The notes under the pieces were generated by a model, which was not told the DNA's origin, did not search any database, and saw only the letters and a list, made by a program, of their open reading frames with translations. Shown here one piece after another: positions 1 through 10,148 of a DNA stretch of 46,057 nucleotides. This stretch comes from Planctomycetota bacterium (GTDB lineage Bacteria > Planctomycetota > Planctomycetia > Pirellulales > UBA1268), in NCBI GenBank assembly GCA_003670915.1, contig QWQH01000090.1, positions 1 through 46,057 of the forward strand. Reading direction: 5' to 3'. A program made the translations under genes and the position numbers. Within the stretch, counting starts at the first letter, position 1; every line of letters begins with the position of its first letter.

Positions 1-222
1 GCGCTTGTGAGCCGAGTCCAACAGGGAGAAATTCGAGAAGTCATCATGGGCACCAATCCAAACGTGGAGGGCGACACGACGTCATTGGTCGTCGCCCAGC
101 GACTCGCCGGGCAACCCGTCGAACTCACTCGCCTCGCTCGAGGACTGACCGTGGGGGCCTCACTCGAGCAGGCAAATAGGGAAATACTCGGTGACGCACT
201 CGCCGGTCGCCGCAAACTCTGA
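1..222 (+). CDS. recR: Recombination mediator RecR, C-terminal (TOPRIM) part; 5' end lies outside the window
   Basis: EVIMGTNPNVEGDTTS...LTRLARGLTVGASLEQAN...LGDALAGRR matches the RecR C-terminus; the frame is open to base 1. Confidence 0.93.
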   Translation, partial: ALVSRVQQGEIREVIMGTNPNVEGDTTSLVVAQRLAGQPVELTRLARGLTVGASLEQANREILGDALAGRRKL

Positions 223-329
223 TAGGCAACGCGCTGCCTTTGAGCCTCGCCGCACAAAAGAGGTATTCTATTCTAAGCGGATTCGAGCGATGTTGGATCA
301 CCGTTCAGAGCCGGTTTCAAGGGTGAGTT

Positions 330-1847
330 ATGCGAATGTCGTTCGGCCAGGAAATGCGGATGCAGCAGAAGCAGGTGCTTGCGCCGCGCATGATCCAGTC
401 GATGGAAATTCTGCAACTCCCCCTCATGGCACTGGAGGAGCGGATCGAGCAGGAGATTCAAAATAACGAAACGCTCGAAGTTGAAGAGGCTGAGGAGGAT
501 ACGCCGTCGGGTGAGCCTGCCGCGCCTGTGAGCGATGCGCAGCAGCAGGCGGCTGATAGAACAGTCGACGAAAAACCGCTCGTTGTCGATCAAGACCACG
601 CCAATCAGGCAGACTTTGAGCGATCCTACGATTGGTCGAACGAGTATCCCGATTCAGATGACGATCGCAGCCGTCCATCAGCAACTCGCGTCGACGAAGC
701 CTCAGACCGCTATCTCGATGCGATGGCCAACATGCAGGAGCGGCCGGAAACGCTCTGCAACCACCTGCACGATCAGATCTCCAACTACGAGCTTACCGAA
801 CCCCAGCGGCAGGCTGCCGATAAAATTATTTACAACTTGGATGCCAATGGGTATCTGCCAATGCCGCTGGAGGAATTGCTCGATCCGGATGGACCAGCCG
901 ACCAGATTGATCAGCTCATTGTCGCGCTCAATGTCGTGCAGGGGATGGATCCTCTGGGCGTGGCCGCTCGCGACTTGAAGGAGTGCTTGCTGCTGCAGAT
1001 CGATCCAACCATGCCACAGTCGCGGCAACTGCGACGGATTGTCAACGATCACCTAGAAGATCTGGGCGGCAATCGTCTTCCGTTGATCGAGAAAAAAACA
1101 GGCTATTCAATTCAGGAAATTGAATCGCTCCGAGAGCTTCTCCATGGCCTTCAGCCCAAGCCGGGCGCAATGTTCACGTCTCCATTTGTGCCAGTCGTGA
1201 AGCCAGATGTGTACGTAGAACAACAGTCAGATGGGTCGTGGAAGGTGCGCCTCGAGGATGTGAATCTCCCAAACCTGCGGATCAGCCCGCTCTATCGCGA
1301 TATGCTTCTTTCCCCAGCCACCGATCCGGCCACACGCGAATATATCAAGCGTAAGATCAACTCGGCGCAGTGGCTCATTGAGGCAATCGAGCAGCGTCGC
1401 AGCACGCTCCTGAAGACAAGCCAGGCAATCGTCGATCACCAAACTCGCTTTTTGTCAGAAGGCCCGGCTGTGATCGAGCCGCTCAAGATGCAGCAAATCG
1501 CGGATCGAATTGGGATGCACGTGACAACGGTGAGCCGCGCTGTAGATGACAAATGGCTGCAGACTCCACGAGGGCTCTATGCACTGCGGCGATTTTTTGT
1601 TGGCGGTACCGTGAGTGCCGATGGCGACGAGGTGGCGTGGGACACGGTGCGAGTCAAACTCCAAGAGATTATTCAGGCCGAGCCAAAGGACGAACCCTTC
1701 AGCGACGACGGCCTCGTGGATGAGTTGGCTCGCCGAGGCATCACTCTGGCTCGGCGTACGGTGACAAAATACCGAAAGGCCATGGACATCCCCAGTTCGC
1801 GGCAGCGCCGGGATTGGAAGCTGCCCCGTACGCCCAAGGCCGAGTAG
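330..1847 (+). CDS. rpoN: RNA polymerase sigma-54 factor
   Basis: Gln/Leu-rich region I (LAPRMIQSMEILQLP), HTH (IGMHVTTVSRAV) and RpoN box ARRTVTKYR. Confidence 0.97.
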   Translation: MRMSFGQEMRMQQKQVLAPRMIQSMEILQLPLMALEERIEQEIQNNETLEVEEAEEDTPSGEPAAPVSDAQQQAADRTVDEKPLVVDQDHANQADFERSYDWSNEYPDSDDDRSRPSATRVDEASDRYLDAMANMQERPETLCNHLHDQISNYELTEPQRQAADKIIYNLDANGYLPMPLEELLDPDGPADQIDQLIVALNVVQGMDPLGVAARDLKECLLLQIDPTMPQSRQLRRIVNDHLEDLGGNRLPLIEKKTGYSIQEIESLRELLHGLQPKPGAMFTSPFVPVVKPDVYVEQQSDGSWKVRLEDVNLPNLRISPLYRDMLLSPATDPATREYIKRKINSAQWLIEAIEQRRSTLLKTSQAIVDHQTRFLSEGPAVIEPLKMQQIADRIGMHVTTVSRAVDDKWLQTPRGLYALRRFFVGGTVSADGDEVAWDTVRVKLQEIIQAEPKDEPFSDDGLVDELARRGITLARRTVTKYRKAMDIPSSRQRRDWKLPRTPKAE

Positions 1848-1991
1848 TTCCACCGCCGCTACCCTTGGATTGCCCACTTGCGGATTGTGACTGGATAGTT
1901 TTACGATCGTGCCTCGCTCGCAGATACGCTTTCGGCGAGTCCGTTATGCTCAGATCCGGCTCCGACCGCAATTCTCGCCAGAGGCTCCACT

Positions 1992-2462
1992 ATGCGTTGC
2001 CCTTTTTGTCGGATCGATAATGACCGCGTGATTGATTCGCGCGCTGGCGACGACGGCACGTCCATCCGTCGGCGTCGGGAATGCGTTGGCTGCCGGAGGC
2101 GATTTACGACGTATGAGCGGGTGGAGCGGCAATTGCTCTCAGTCATCAAGAAGGGGGGCGACGCAGAGCCCTTCGATCGCGACAAAATCAAGCGAGGGCT
2201 GGCGAAGGCCTGCTGGAAACGGCCCATCACCGAGGAGGAAATTGAGCTGACGGTGTCGTCGTTGGAAGCGGAGCTTTACGGCAACTACGAGAGCGAGGTG
2301 CCAAGCCGTGTATTGGGTGAGCGTTTGATGGAGTTATTACGAGTTCTGGATCAAGTGGCCTTTGTTCGATTTGCAAGCGTGTACAGGGAATTCAAAGATG
2401 TGCGCGACTTCGTGGACGAACTCCAGCCCATTTTGGCGGAATCGAATCGGGAGTCGGGCTAG
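1992..2462 (+). CDS. nrdR: Transcriptional repressor NrdR
   Basis: MRCPFC zinc ribbon, [19 protein letters not shown]-cone, [15 protein letters not shown]. Confidence 0.97.
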   Translation: MRCPFCRIDNDRVIDSRAGDDGTSIRRRRECVGCRRRFTTYERVERQLLSVIKKGGDAEPFDRDKIKRGLAKACWKRPITEEEIELTVSSLEAELYGNYESEVPSRVLGERLMELLRVLDQVAFVRFASVYREFKDVRDFVDELQPILAESNRESG

Positions 2463-2558
2463 ATCGCATCGATCGGAAGAAGCCCGAAGCGTGCGCCGAA
2501 AGGAAAACGCATTGCGACATGAAGCCGGCCGGATTGTATGTGGGCTCCGGCGGTTGGA

Positions 2559-3014
2559 TCAACGAACGTAGTCCCCGCGAGTGCCGCCGTGTTTTTCTTC
2601 GAGGCGAATGTCCTCGATTGACATGCCTCGATCGATCGACTTGCACATGTCGTACAGCGTGAGTGCCGCGGCAGAGACCGCCAGCAAGGCCTCCATTTCC
2701 ACGCCGGTACGTGCCGTTGCCTTTACCGTTGCCTCGATGGTGACTGCGTCGGTCGCAGATGCATTGACCGTAACAGTGACGCTCTCCAGCGGCAGGGGAT
2801 GGCACAGCGGCACGATGTCGCTGGTGCGCTTGGCTGCCATGATGCCCGCTAGCCGAGCTGTGGCGATTGCGTCGCCCTTTTCGAGCTCGTGGGTGCGAAT
2901 ACGACGGATAGTTTCGGGTTGGGCAAGCACCCTGGCCGACGCCCTTGCAGTTCGAAGAGAAACGGGCTTGGCTCCAATGTCAATCATCTGGAGTCCGTGC
3001 GGTTGGGGGGGCAT
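2559..3014 (-). CDS. moaC: Cyclic pyranopterin monophosphate synthase MoaC
   Basis: ARLAGIMAAKRTSDIVPLCHP, TGVEMEAL and LYDMCK motifs; ATG at 3014 preceded by an AAGGAG RBS. Confidence 0.95.
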   Translation of the reverse strand: MPPQPHGLQMIDIGAKPVSLRTARASARVLAQPETIRRIRTHELEKGDAIATARLAGIMAAKRTSDIVPLCHPLPLESVTVTVNASATDAVTIEATVKATARTGVEMEALLAVSAAALTLYDMCKSIDRGMSIEDIRLEEKHGGTRGDYVR

Positions 3015-3150
3015 GGTGAGGATCTCCTTCGTCAGGGAATTCGGTGGCGGATTGGCCCAACCCAGAGTGTACCCCACACAAAAACCATAGGCCGGTGCGC
3101 CTCGCAACGCACCGGCCTATGGAAAATGGAATCGCAGGCTGAGCCGTGGA

Positions 3151-3723
3151 CTAGACCAGTTCCTTGCGGGCACCAATCAGCGTCCGGAGACGCTCGGCAA
3201 GCAGGGCGACATCGAACGGCTTCTTGAAGCTCTCGTTCACGTGCGCCCGGTCAACGGTAATCTGCGAACCGTCGTCGGGTAAAAGAGCGATGACGATCGT
3301 GTCGGCATACTCCGTGTTGCGACGCAGGTTCTGGCAGATCTGCTGGGCATCGATCCGGCCGATTGAGTAGTCCACCACAATACAATCGGGGTGGAAGCTT
3401 TCAGCCTGGATGCCCGCTTCAAAACCACTGGCGGCAATCTGAATCTTGAACGATCGCTCCAGCGGTAGGTGTTTCTTGAGATTCTCGATCATGACTTGGT
3501 CTTGGCCCACCAGCAGTACCTTAGCCATTGCCTGATCTTCGAGATCTCCCAGCGGCATCCCGTGTTCCTTGAGGAACTTGATCAGGTATTCACGTGGAAT
3601 ACGGCGATCTTGGGATCCTGGAATGCGGTAGCCGCGGAGGCGACCGGAATCAAACCATTTGCTCACCGTTCGCGGAGCAACTTTACAGATCTTGGCGACC
3701 TGGCCTGTCGTAAAAACCTTCAT
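3151..3723 (-). CDS. Excisionase/MerR-like HTH (HTH_17) fused to an atypical receiver domain; orphan response regulator
   Basis: N-terminal FTTGQVAKICKVAPRTVSKWFDSGRLRGYRIPGSQDRRIP; C-terminal REC fold (PDCIVVD...KKPFD); GGAG RBS upstream; an alternative GTG start lies at 3726. Confidence 0.85.
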   Translation of the reverse strand: MKVFTTGQVAKICKVAPRTVSKWFDSGRLRGYRIPGSQDRRIPREYLIKFLKEHGMPLGDLEDQAMAKVLLVGQDQVMIENLKKHLPLERSFKIQIAASGFEAGIQAESFHPDCIVVDYSIGRIDAQQICQNLRRNTEYADTIVIALLPDDGSQITVDRAHVNESFKKPFDVALLAERLRTLIGARKELV

Positions 3724-3739
3724 CACTTGGACTCCATTT

Positions 3740-4010
3740 TAATCTTTTGTGTCCGGAAAAGTTTCGGCCAGCCCGTACCCTTTCGAGCAGCGGAACACAG
3801 CCCCCCTGACGCGGATCTCTGACAAGTGGAAACGACCGCGTCGTCGTGCCCCACGATGGCCGGCTTTTAAAGCACGGAGGGGGGCGTGAAATGGCTCAAT
3901 CTCAAGCAACACTCGAAGAGTTGCTCTCAACTGAGGCCTTAACTCGCAGGTGTCCCCCCCTGCTTCATCCTGTCGTGTGGGCTCAGGCTTTCACCCAGAC
4001 TCACTCGCAG
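3740..4010 (-). ncRNA. Putative structured 5' leader or cis-regulatory RNA of the HTH-REC gene (unassigned family)
   Basis: Nested helices 3800-3807/3878-3885 and 3808-3814/3836-3842; two GAAA-tetraloop hairpins with G-U pairs on the minus strand; further hairpins at 3905-3925 and 3946-3963. Confidence 0.4.
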
Positions 4011-4366
4011 AATGACTGACCAAGGGTTTCATCGAATGATTGCATGGTGCGACTTGAGCCGTTCTTTCCGATCGGAACGGTGGCACCGTGTGGTCGGCCT
4101 GTCGGGAATGCGCCTGTGGGCCTGTTTGCAGGGGCAAATTGCAAGTGTGGCTAGGCATAGATCGCATTCGACTTTTGTGGAGCACCGGCAAAGGGGGCGG
4201 CAAAAGTCTCCTCGCGTGGGCCGCGGTGGCGAATGCACGTCGAGCGTTCGCCGACCAACTCCGCGACCTTATCCAGTGTGCCTGTTTTGCCGCGAGAGCT
4301 ATTCGAGATGTGCTCTTGTGCCATCAGGCGTTGCCTGGCGATTTTTACAACGGCTATGAGTCGAGG

Positions 4367-7300
4367 TCAGGCTGCCGCAGACCGGGGCAGGGGAGCGGCG
4401 GCGGCCGTCGATTCAAATCGTACCGACACCCTTTTTGAAACTCCCGACTCCTCCATCGTCACGCCATAGAGAGTGGTAGCCGTCGCCATCGTCTTTTTTG
4501 AATGCGTGACCACAATAAACTGAGTGGACGAGAGGAAGTCACGCAGTACGCTCACAAACCTGTCTACATTAGACTCGTCGAGGGCGGCATCCACTTCATC
4601 AAGCACGCAGAACGGGCTTGGGCGTGATCGAAAAATCGCGAGGAGCAAGGCGACGCACGTCATTGTTTTCTCGCCTCCGGAGAGTAGCGAGATGCTGCGA
4701 GGCTCCTTGCCAGGAGGGCGAGCCACGATCTCGACGGTGGTTTCTAGCAAATCCATGTCGGGATCCAGCACGATGTCGGCCTGCCCACCACCAAAAAGAC
4801 GCTCGAATAATTCGCGGAAATGTCCGCGAACCGTTTCGATCGTTTCGCCGAGCAGTCGACGGCTCTCGTCGTCGATTCTAGCAATGAGCTGTTCGATCGC
4901 CTCCTTGGCGTTGGTCACATCGGCGAGTTGTAATTCGAGCGTGTCGAGCCGGTGCGTGAGGGCCTCTGCCTCGGCCAGCGCCTCTAGGTTCACCGAGGTC
5001 ATCGCGCCGAGCTTTCGACGTAGTTCTTCAATCTCACAGTCGAGATCATCCCGGTTTTCCGGCAGAGTTGTCTCTGGAGAAACAGCTTCGGTGGGTGGGC
5101 TCGCGGCCGGAGTGGGAGCCGTAGGCAGAGAGTCTGCCGTCGCTTCTGGGGTTGAATAGGCTTTTCTATTGGCCTCATCATTCATGTCGATATCGTACTC
5201 ATCGCGGATCCTGTCAATGATGCGTGCTCGGCGATGGCGGGCTTCGCCTGCTTCGAGTTCGTGGGCGTGGATTGAATCACCCAACTTTAATGCGGCACCT
5301 CTCGCGGCATCAGCGAGGGCGGCGGCCGCTGTTTTTTCTACCAAGAGACTGCTGCGGGTGTTGCCCAGTGCATGCATTTCGGTATGGGAGCGTTCCGCTG
5401 CCACCATGGCCTCCGCAAAATCTGATTCTGCGGCGAGCAGTTCGGATTCGAGGGCATCCAGTTTGACCTCGGCGGCTGAGGTGCGGCCGTTGGCCGTCAG
5501 TAGATCGTTTTGGCGCGCATCGATTTCAGTGATGCACCGCTGCTCGGCGTCTTGGGCGCGGGCAAGCCTTTCATGGCAGGTAGCGCGATCGATTCGAAGT
5601 CGGTTGATTTGTTCGACCACCGTGCCGCGATTGCGGTCCAGAGCTGCTAGCGATGCGTGTGTCTGCGACAGTTCGCGTTTGGCGTGATCAATGGTCGTGA
5701 TCTGAGTTTCGAGCGCCCGGCTAGCTGCGTCGAGAGCATCGGTGCGGTCGGAGAGATGCCGTTGCGCTTCTAGGAAGCCAGCGTCAGCCACCGCGATCGC
5801 CTCGCGGGCTGCAAGCTGCTCGCGGCCAATGCGATCCAGATCAGCCCGGGATGATGCGATCGTTTCGGCCTCTTGCATGCGCCGGCTTTGCAGTTGGCGA
5901 ATGCTCTGACGCTCTGTGGCAAGTGATGCCTGCAACTCGGTGATCGTGGCACTCGCATCTTCAACGGTTCGCAGGAGATTATCGTGCCGCTGGGTGACCC
6001 CCCGAAGCTCGCTTCGCCTTGCCACCAAGCCAGTGGCACCAGAAGGAGTTCCGATTTCGAGGAGGCCACCAGTGGAGAGGCATTGCCCGGCCCTTGTGAT
6101 GCAGAGAGTGCCTTGGGGGACCGCTGGGAGGAGGTGGCGTGCATCTTCGAGCTGCTCGACCACCCAGACGTGGCCGAGTAACCGGCGGGCAAGTGTGCGA
6201 TGAAACGTACCGATACCCTCGGCAGGGCCGGCATCGGCGTTGCTCAGGCGAGGATTGCCGCCGAGGCCATCGTCCGGAAAGAGTAAGCGATCGAGCCGGC
6301 CAACGATTCCGACAGCGTGAGCGGCCAGAGCCGTGGGTTCGAGTGAATTGTTTGGATCCAATGCATCGGTTTCCGACAGCCCGCCTATGGACACAAATCC
6401 GGTGCGGCCTGCCGAGATCAGCACCGATTGTGCGGCCTCCGTATTCGACCACGGGCCAAACCAGCGTAAAACATCGTCCAGCGATTCAACGACCAAGTTT
6501 TGACCGAGTGTGCCAAGGGCGATGTCAACCAGCGGGGCCCATTCAATTGGGGCCACGATCAGATCGGCCACAAGTCCGATGAGACCCGGCACGGCACTTG
6601 GTTCGCCACGAGGGCCTTGAGCATGGCTGGCAGCCAACAAACGCTGCGCCGCAGGAGAGAGCCCTTCTTGTTGGGCGGTCATCTCCTCCAGCATGCCCTT
6701 GCGTTCCCTACACGCCTCCAATTTAGCCTGCCATCCAGCCAACGTATGCCAGGCAGCTTCGAGCGTCGCCGATTGTTCGCGGTGCGCGACCTCGGCCGAC
6801 TCCAGTTCGTGCGACGTGTTGGCGAGGCGACGGGCGAGGGAATCGATATTGCCCTCGCGCGTGGCGAGCGATTCGAGCAGCGTGGCCAGCAACTGACGCG
6901 CAGCATCGATCTTTTCTCGCCAGAGATCAGCCGTACGGCGGGCCTCTTCGCATCGCATGCCTGCGCGATCGACTTCAGATTCTAGGGCGCGAAACTTCGC
7001 TTCGAGTAATTCAACCCGCTCGGCCTGCATATCAAGACGCTGTTGGATGTCTGCGGAATGCTGGTGGGAGCCCTCGGCGGCCTGCTCGCAGGCTAGCAAC
7101 TGCCCTTCGATCTGGAGGCATTCACTGTGAAGGAATGCAGCCTGGGTTCTGGCCGCTTCGACGGCAGCCACCGCCTCTCGCTGCCGGCTTTTTGCGGTAT
7201 GGGTATCGGCTTTGAGGCGACCGGTATCGGCTTCTACCTCCGCGTGCTGCAATCGGAGAAGAGAGAGCCGGGCTTCTGCTGCTGCAGCCCGCTGTTTATC

Positions 7301-8179
7301 CACGGAAAACAGCGACTGAATGGCATCGAGTTGTGGTGAGAGATCCTGCTCGAGTCGCAGGAGATCGGCAGTGCGACAGGTGGCTCTAGCAGTATCTGTT
7401 TCGATCGCGTGGAATTCCTGATGCAGCCTCGCGAGTGATTCATCCACGCTTGTAACGGCAGCATCGACTAACGAAAGATCTTGCCATGCCGCCGACAGAC
7501 GCAGGGCGCGCAGCCGATCAGTCATCTGCCGCCAACGCCGGGCTCGCGAGGCTTGGTGTTTGACCGTCTCCAACCGGCTCGACACTTCTCCAACGATGTC
7601 GGCCAGTCGCTGGCGGTTTTGTTCGGAGCGTTCGAGCCGACGCAGTGATTCTGCGCGTCGAATTTTAAATCGTGTGATCCCAGCGGCTTCTTCAAAGACA
7701 GCGCGTCGTTCGCGGCCGCTTGCCGCAAGTAGAGCGTCTACTCTCCCTTGCTCAATCACACTGTAGGCCTGCGTGGCTGCCCCTGTACCCGAAAAGAGTT
7801 CGCGGATGTCGCGCAGTCGCGAGACGTCTCCATTGACGAGGTACTCGTTTTCGCCGCTACGGTACACCCGACGCGTGATGTGAACGTCGTCGGAGTCCAC
7901 GGGCAGTTGGCGAGCCGAATTGTCAAAAATAAGCGTTGTTTCTGCAGCGTTGAGCGGCTTCCGCGTGGCTGATCCGGCGAAGATCACATCGGTCATGTCG
8001 TGGCCGCGGAGGCTGCGAACCGACTGTTCGCCAAGCACCCATTTGATGGCATCGACTACGTTGGATTTGCCAGATCCATTGGGCCCTACAACGACCGTGA
8101 TGCCTTCGGGAAACTCGAACCGAGTTCGGTCGGCGAAGCTTTTGAAGCCGAACAGTTCGAGCGCTTTGAGCCTAGTCAT
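4367..8179 (-). CDS. smc: Chromosome segregation protein SMC
   Basis: GFKSFAD, Walker A GPNGSGKSN, long coiled coils with central hinge, signature LSGGE, Walker B/D-loop LDEVDAALD, H-loop VTH. Confidence 0.97.
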   Translation of the reverse strand: MTRLKALELFGFKSFADRTRFEFPEGITVVVGPNGSGKSNVVDAIKWVLGEQSVRSLRGHDMTDVIFAGSATRKPLNAAETTLIFDNSARQLPVDSDDVHITRRVYRSGENEYLVNGDVSRLRDIRELFSGTGAATQAYSVIEQGRVDALLAASGRERRAVFEEAAGITRFKIRRAESLRRLERSEQNRQRLADIVGEVSSRLETVKHQASRARRWRQMTDRLRALRLSAAWQDLSLVDAAVTSVDESLARLHQEFHAIETDTARATCRTADLLRLEQDLSPQLDAIQSLFSVDKQRAAAAEARLSLLRLQHAEVEADTGRLKADTHTAKSRQREAVAAVEAARTQAAFLHSECLQIEGQLLACEQAAEGSHQHSADIQQRLDMQAERVELLEAKFRALESEVDRAGMRCEEARRTADLWREKIDAARQLLATLLESLATREGNIDSLARRLANTSHELESAEVAHREQSATLEAAWHTLAGWQAKLEACRERKGMLEEMTAQQEGLSPAAQRLLAASHAQGPRGEPSAVPGLIGLVADLIVAPIEWAPLVDIALGTLGQNLVVESLDDVLRWFGPWSNTEAAQSVLISAGRTGFVSIGGLSETDALDPNNSLEPTALAAHAVGIVGRLDRLLFPDDGLGGNPRLSNADAGPAEGIGTFHRTLARRLLGHVWVVEQLEDARHLLPAVPQGTLCITRAGQCLSTGGLLEIGTPSGATGLVARRSELRGVTQRHDNLLRTVEDASATITELQASLATERQSIRQLQSRRMQEAETIASSRADLDRIGREQLAAREAIAVADAGFLEAQRHLSDRTDALDAASRALETQITTIDHAKRELSQTHASLAALDRNRGTVVEQINRLRIDRATCHERLARAQDAEQRCITEIDARQNDLLTANGRTSAAEVKLDALESELLAAESDFAEAMVAAERSHTEMHALGNTRSSLLVEKTAAAALADAARGAALKLGDSIHAHELEAGEARHRRARIIDRIRDEYDIDMNDEANRKAYSTPEATADSLPTAPTPAASPPTEAVSPETTLPENRDDLDCEIEELRRKLGAMTSVNLEALAEAEALTHRLDTLELQLADVTNAKEAIEQLIARIDDESRRLLGETIETVRGHFRELFERLFGGGQADIVLDPDMDLLETTVEIVARPPGKEPRSISLLSGGEKTMTCVALLLAIFRSRPSPFCVLDEVDAALDESNVDRFVSVLRDFLSSTQFIVVTHSKKTMATATTLYGVTMEESGVSKRVSVRFESTAAAAPLPRSAAA

Positions 8180-8194
8180 GAAATCTAAACCTCG

Positions 8195-9940
8195 TCACGA
8201 TGGCTCATCTGTGCGAGCGCGTTGGCGGACGTTGTCGTTATCTGCCGCTGATTCGTTGTCGGGCGGAGTGTTCGAGGGAATATCACGATCCTGAGTGGCT
8301 GCTTCTTCGTGGATGCTCGTGCGACCGTCCACCTCGCTGGGCATCGCATCGAAGGCCAGCCGACTGTCGAGGCAGCGACTGGAGCTCGCCTGCTGCACAA
8401 ACTGCACGGCATCGGGATACGTGCCGCCGATCTGCACAATCGCCCGTACAACCGCATCAATTGTGGCAGATACCTCAAGCTGTTCGTCTTGCTCGCCGGC
8501 TTTAAAACAACTCACCGTTGCCTGGGATCCCTCGACCACGACGACAATATTTGCTCCAGCTTCGGCCCGTAGACCATCGGCCAGCGGATGGGCCACTCCG
8601 AACAGCACGATTTCTGGACGGTGGCTGCGAGTCATGTGCACCAGTGGCGGCCCGGCCACGTCCAGCAGATGCAGAGAGCAGGCGTCCCCGAGGCGTTCTC
8701 CACGCACGAGTGGAGCGGTGTTGTCCATTTTCCAGAGGGCATGAAAAGCGCCGTATCTGGTTTCAGCGCTCGGGCTGGCGAGTAATCCTTGCAGGGCATC
8801 GATGCCGTTGGCATCGTCGAGCATTCCCAAGGCCGCCAACGCCGCAGGCCGTGCGCTTCGGAGGTTCATAGCGGCTTCAGCCAGATGGGTGGCAGCCACG
8901 GATTCACCCAAATAGGCCAACGCTTCAGCCGCCGCAAATCGGACTTCAGCACTTTTTGAATCGAGTCCGTTTCTCAACGTTGGAATCGCCTCTTTTCCAA
9001 TCGCTTCGAGCCGCAGGGCCGCTGCGGGCGATGTCACTGGATCGGCTAGCTGCCGAGTCAGTAATTCAAGCCTTGCGTGGCGTCCGCCCGGCGGTTCAAT
9101 CACAGCCACGCATCGCACGACGCGGATGTAGCGAGCCAGATTGCCGCCATAGCAGGGAGGAATTTCCAGATCGATAAAGCGGTCGGTCTTGGGAGTGGCA
9201 ACGCCTCGCTTTGAGCCGCGAATCACTGCGTGAAATCGCTTGTTAATACTGTCACCGATCCGCTTGGATAGGGCAACGGAACGGTGCTCGGGGGCCAGAA
9301 TTAATCCAATAGAACGGGACGTCAGCGACACGCCGCCACCAGGCACTCGGGCGCGTAGCTTTGAGACAGAGTCGATCGTGCCTGCGGACACAGGATCGAC
9401 CAAAAGCGGGCCTTCGGTCATGCCGAGCACGTGCCCATCACGGACGCGATTGCCTACAACGGCCATCTCTGAGAGGCGTGTTTCCATGAGCCAGCCACTC
9501 GCGAGGCTCGTCGTTTCAGTGTCGGATGGCACCTCAACGTACACATCGAATCGATCCCCTCGACGTACGCCCGGGGGGAGGTAGCCATGCACCCACACAA
9601 GAGCAGTGGCGTTGGATGCCAGCAGCTTATTCGGTTCAATAACCCCACGGGCCTGCATATCGGCCATCAGCGACTTCCGCTGCGCATTTGGCGGCGGATC
9701 GCTTCCAGTTCCCGGCAGGCCTGTTACCAGAGCTGCGCGTTCGATCCGTTGGGCATTGACGCCCCACGGAGCGGCGTAGTCGCCGACAAGTTTTGTATCA
9801 GCCTCGAGGCTCAGAAGCGCCTCGATTTCGGGGCTCTGGCTCCGGATCGCGGGCCCAGCGCAACCCACCAGCAGCGACGTTGCGGCGAGCAGGCTGTGGA
9901 TGCGAGAGAAAAGTTGAAGCGATTGATTGGAGAGACGCAT
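8195..9940 (-). CDS. FlgI (flagellar P-ring)-like lipoprotein with HEAT repeats
   Basis: Signal peptide with lipobox LVGC; FlgI-like LVTGLPGTGSD and LPPGVRRGDRFDVYV...SLASGWLMET; HEAT repeats (EVRFAAAEALAYLG, ETRYGAFHAL); start moved to ATG 9940. Confidence 0.75.
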   Translation of the reverse strand: MRLSNQSLQLFSRIHSLLAATSLLVGCAGPAIRSQSPEIEALLSLEADTKLVGDYAAPWGVNAQRIERAALVTGLPGTGSDPPPNAQRKSLMADMQARGVIEPNKLLASNATALVWVHGYLPPGVRRGDRFDVYVEVPSDTETTSLASGWLMETRLSEMAVVGNRVRDGHVLGMTEGPLLVDPVSAGTIDSVSKLRARVPGGGVSLTSRSIGLILAPEHRSVALSKRIGDSINKRFHAVIRGSKRGVATPKTDRFIDLEIPPCYGGNLARYIRVVRCVAVIEPPGGRHARLELLTRQLADPVTSPAAALRLEAIGKEAIPTLRNGLDSKSAEVRFAAAEALAYLGESVAATHLAEAAMNLRSARPAALAALGMLDDANGIDALQGLLASPSAETRYGAFHALWKMDNTAPLVRGERLGDACSLHLLDVAGPPLVHMTRSHRPEIVLFGVAHPLADGLRAEAGANIVVVVEGSQATVSCFKAGEQDEQLEVSATIDAVVRAIVQIGGTYPDAVQFVQQASSSRCLDSRLAFDAMPSEVDGRTSIHEEAATQDRDIPSNTPPDNESAADNDNVRQRARTDEPS

Positions 9941-10148
9941 CGGTGGCGAGGATCCCGTGGCAGTGGGAGCACAGAAAAACGAGGCAACAATCTGACCAGA
10001 TGAGGTGGGAGGATAGGAGCCTGACGTTCGAGGGTCAAGTCGGTTTGACTGCTTAAAAAATGGGCTAACAATCTCTTGGCTCACGTTCACTTCCCTGCTA
10101 CTGTTCGCCCATTCCAGCGGTTTCAGCATTCCTTCGGAGTCAACGAAC

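Noticed and set aside
3151-3723. Excisionase-like HTH as evidence of a prophage or ICE
   Set aside because: It is fused to a receiver domain, flanked by core genes, and no integrase or phage genes are nearby
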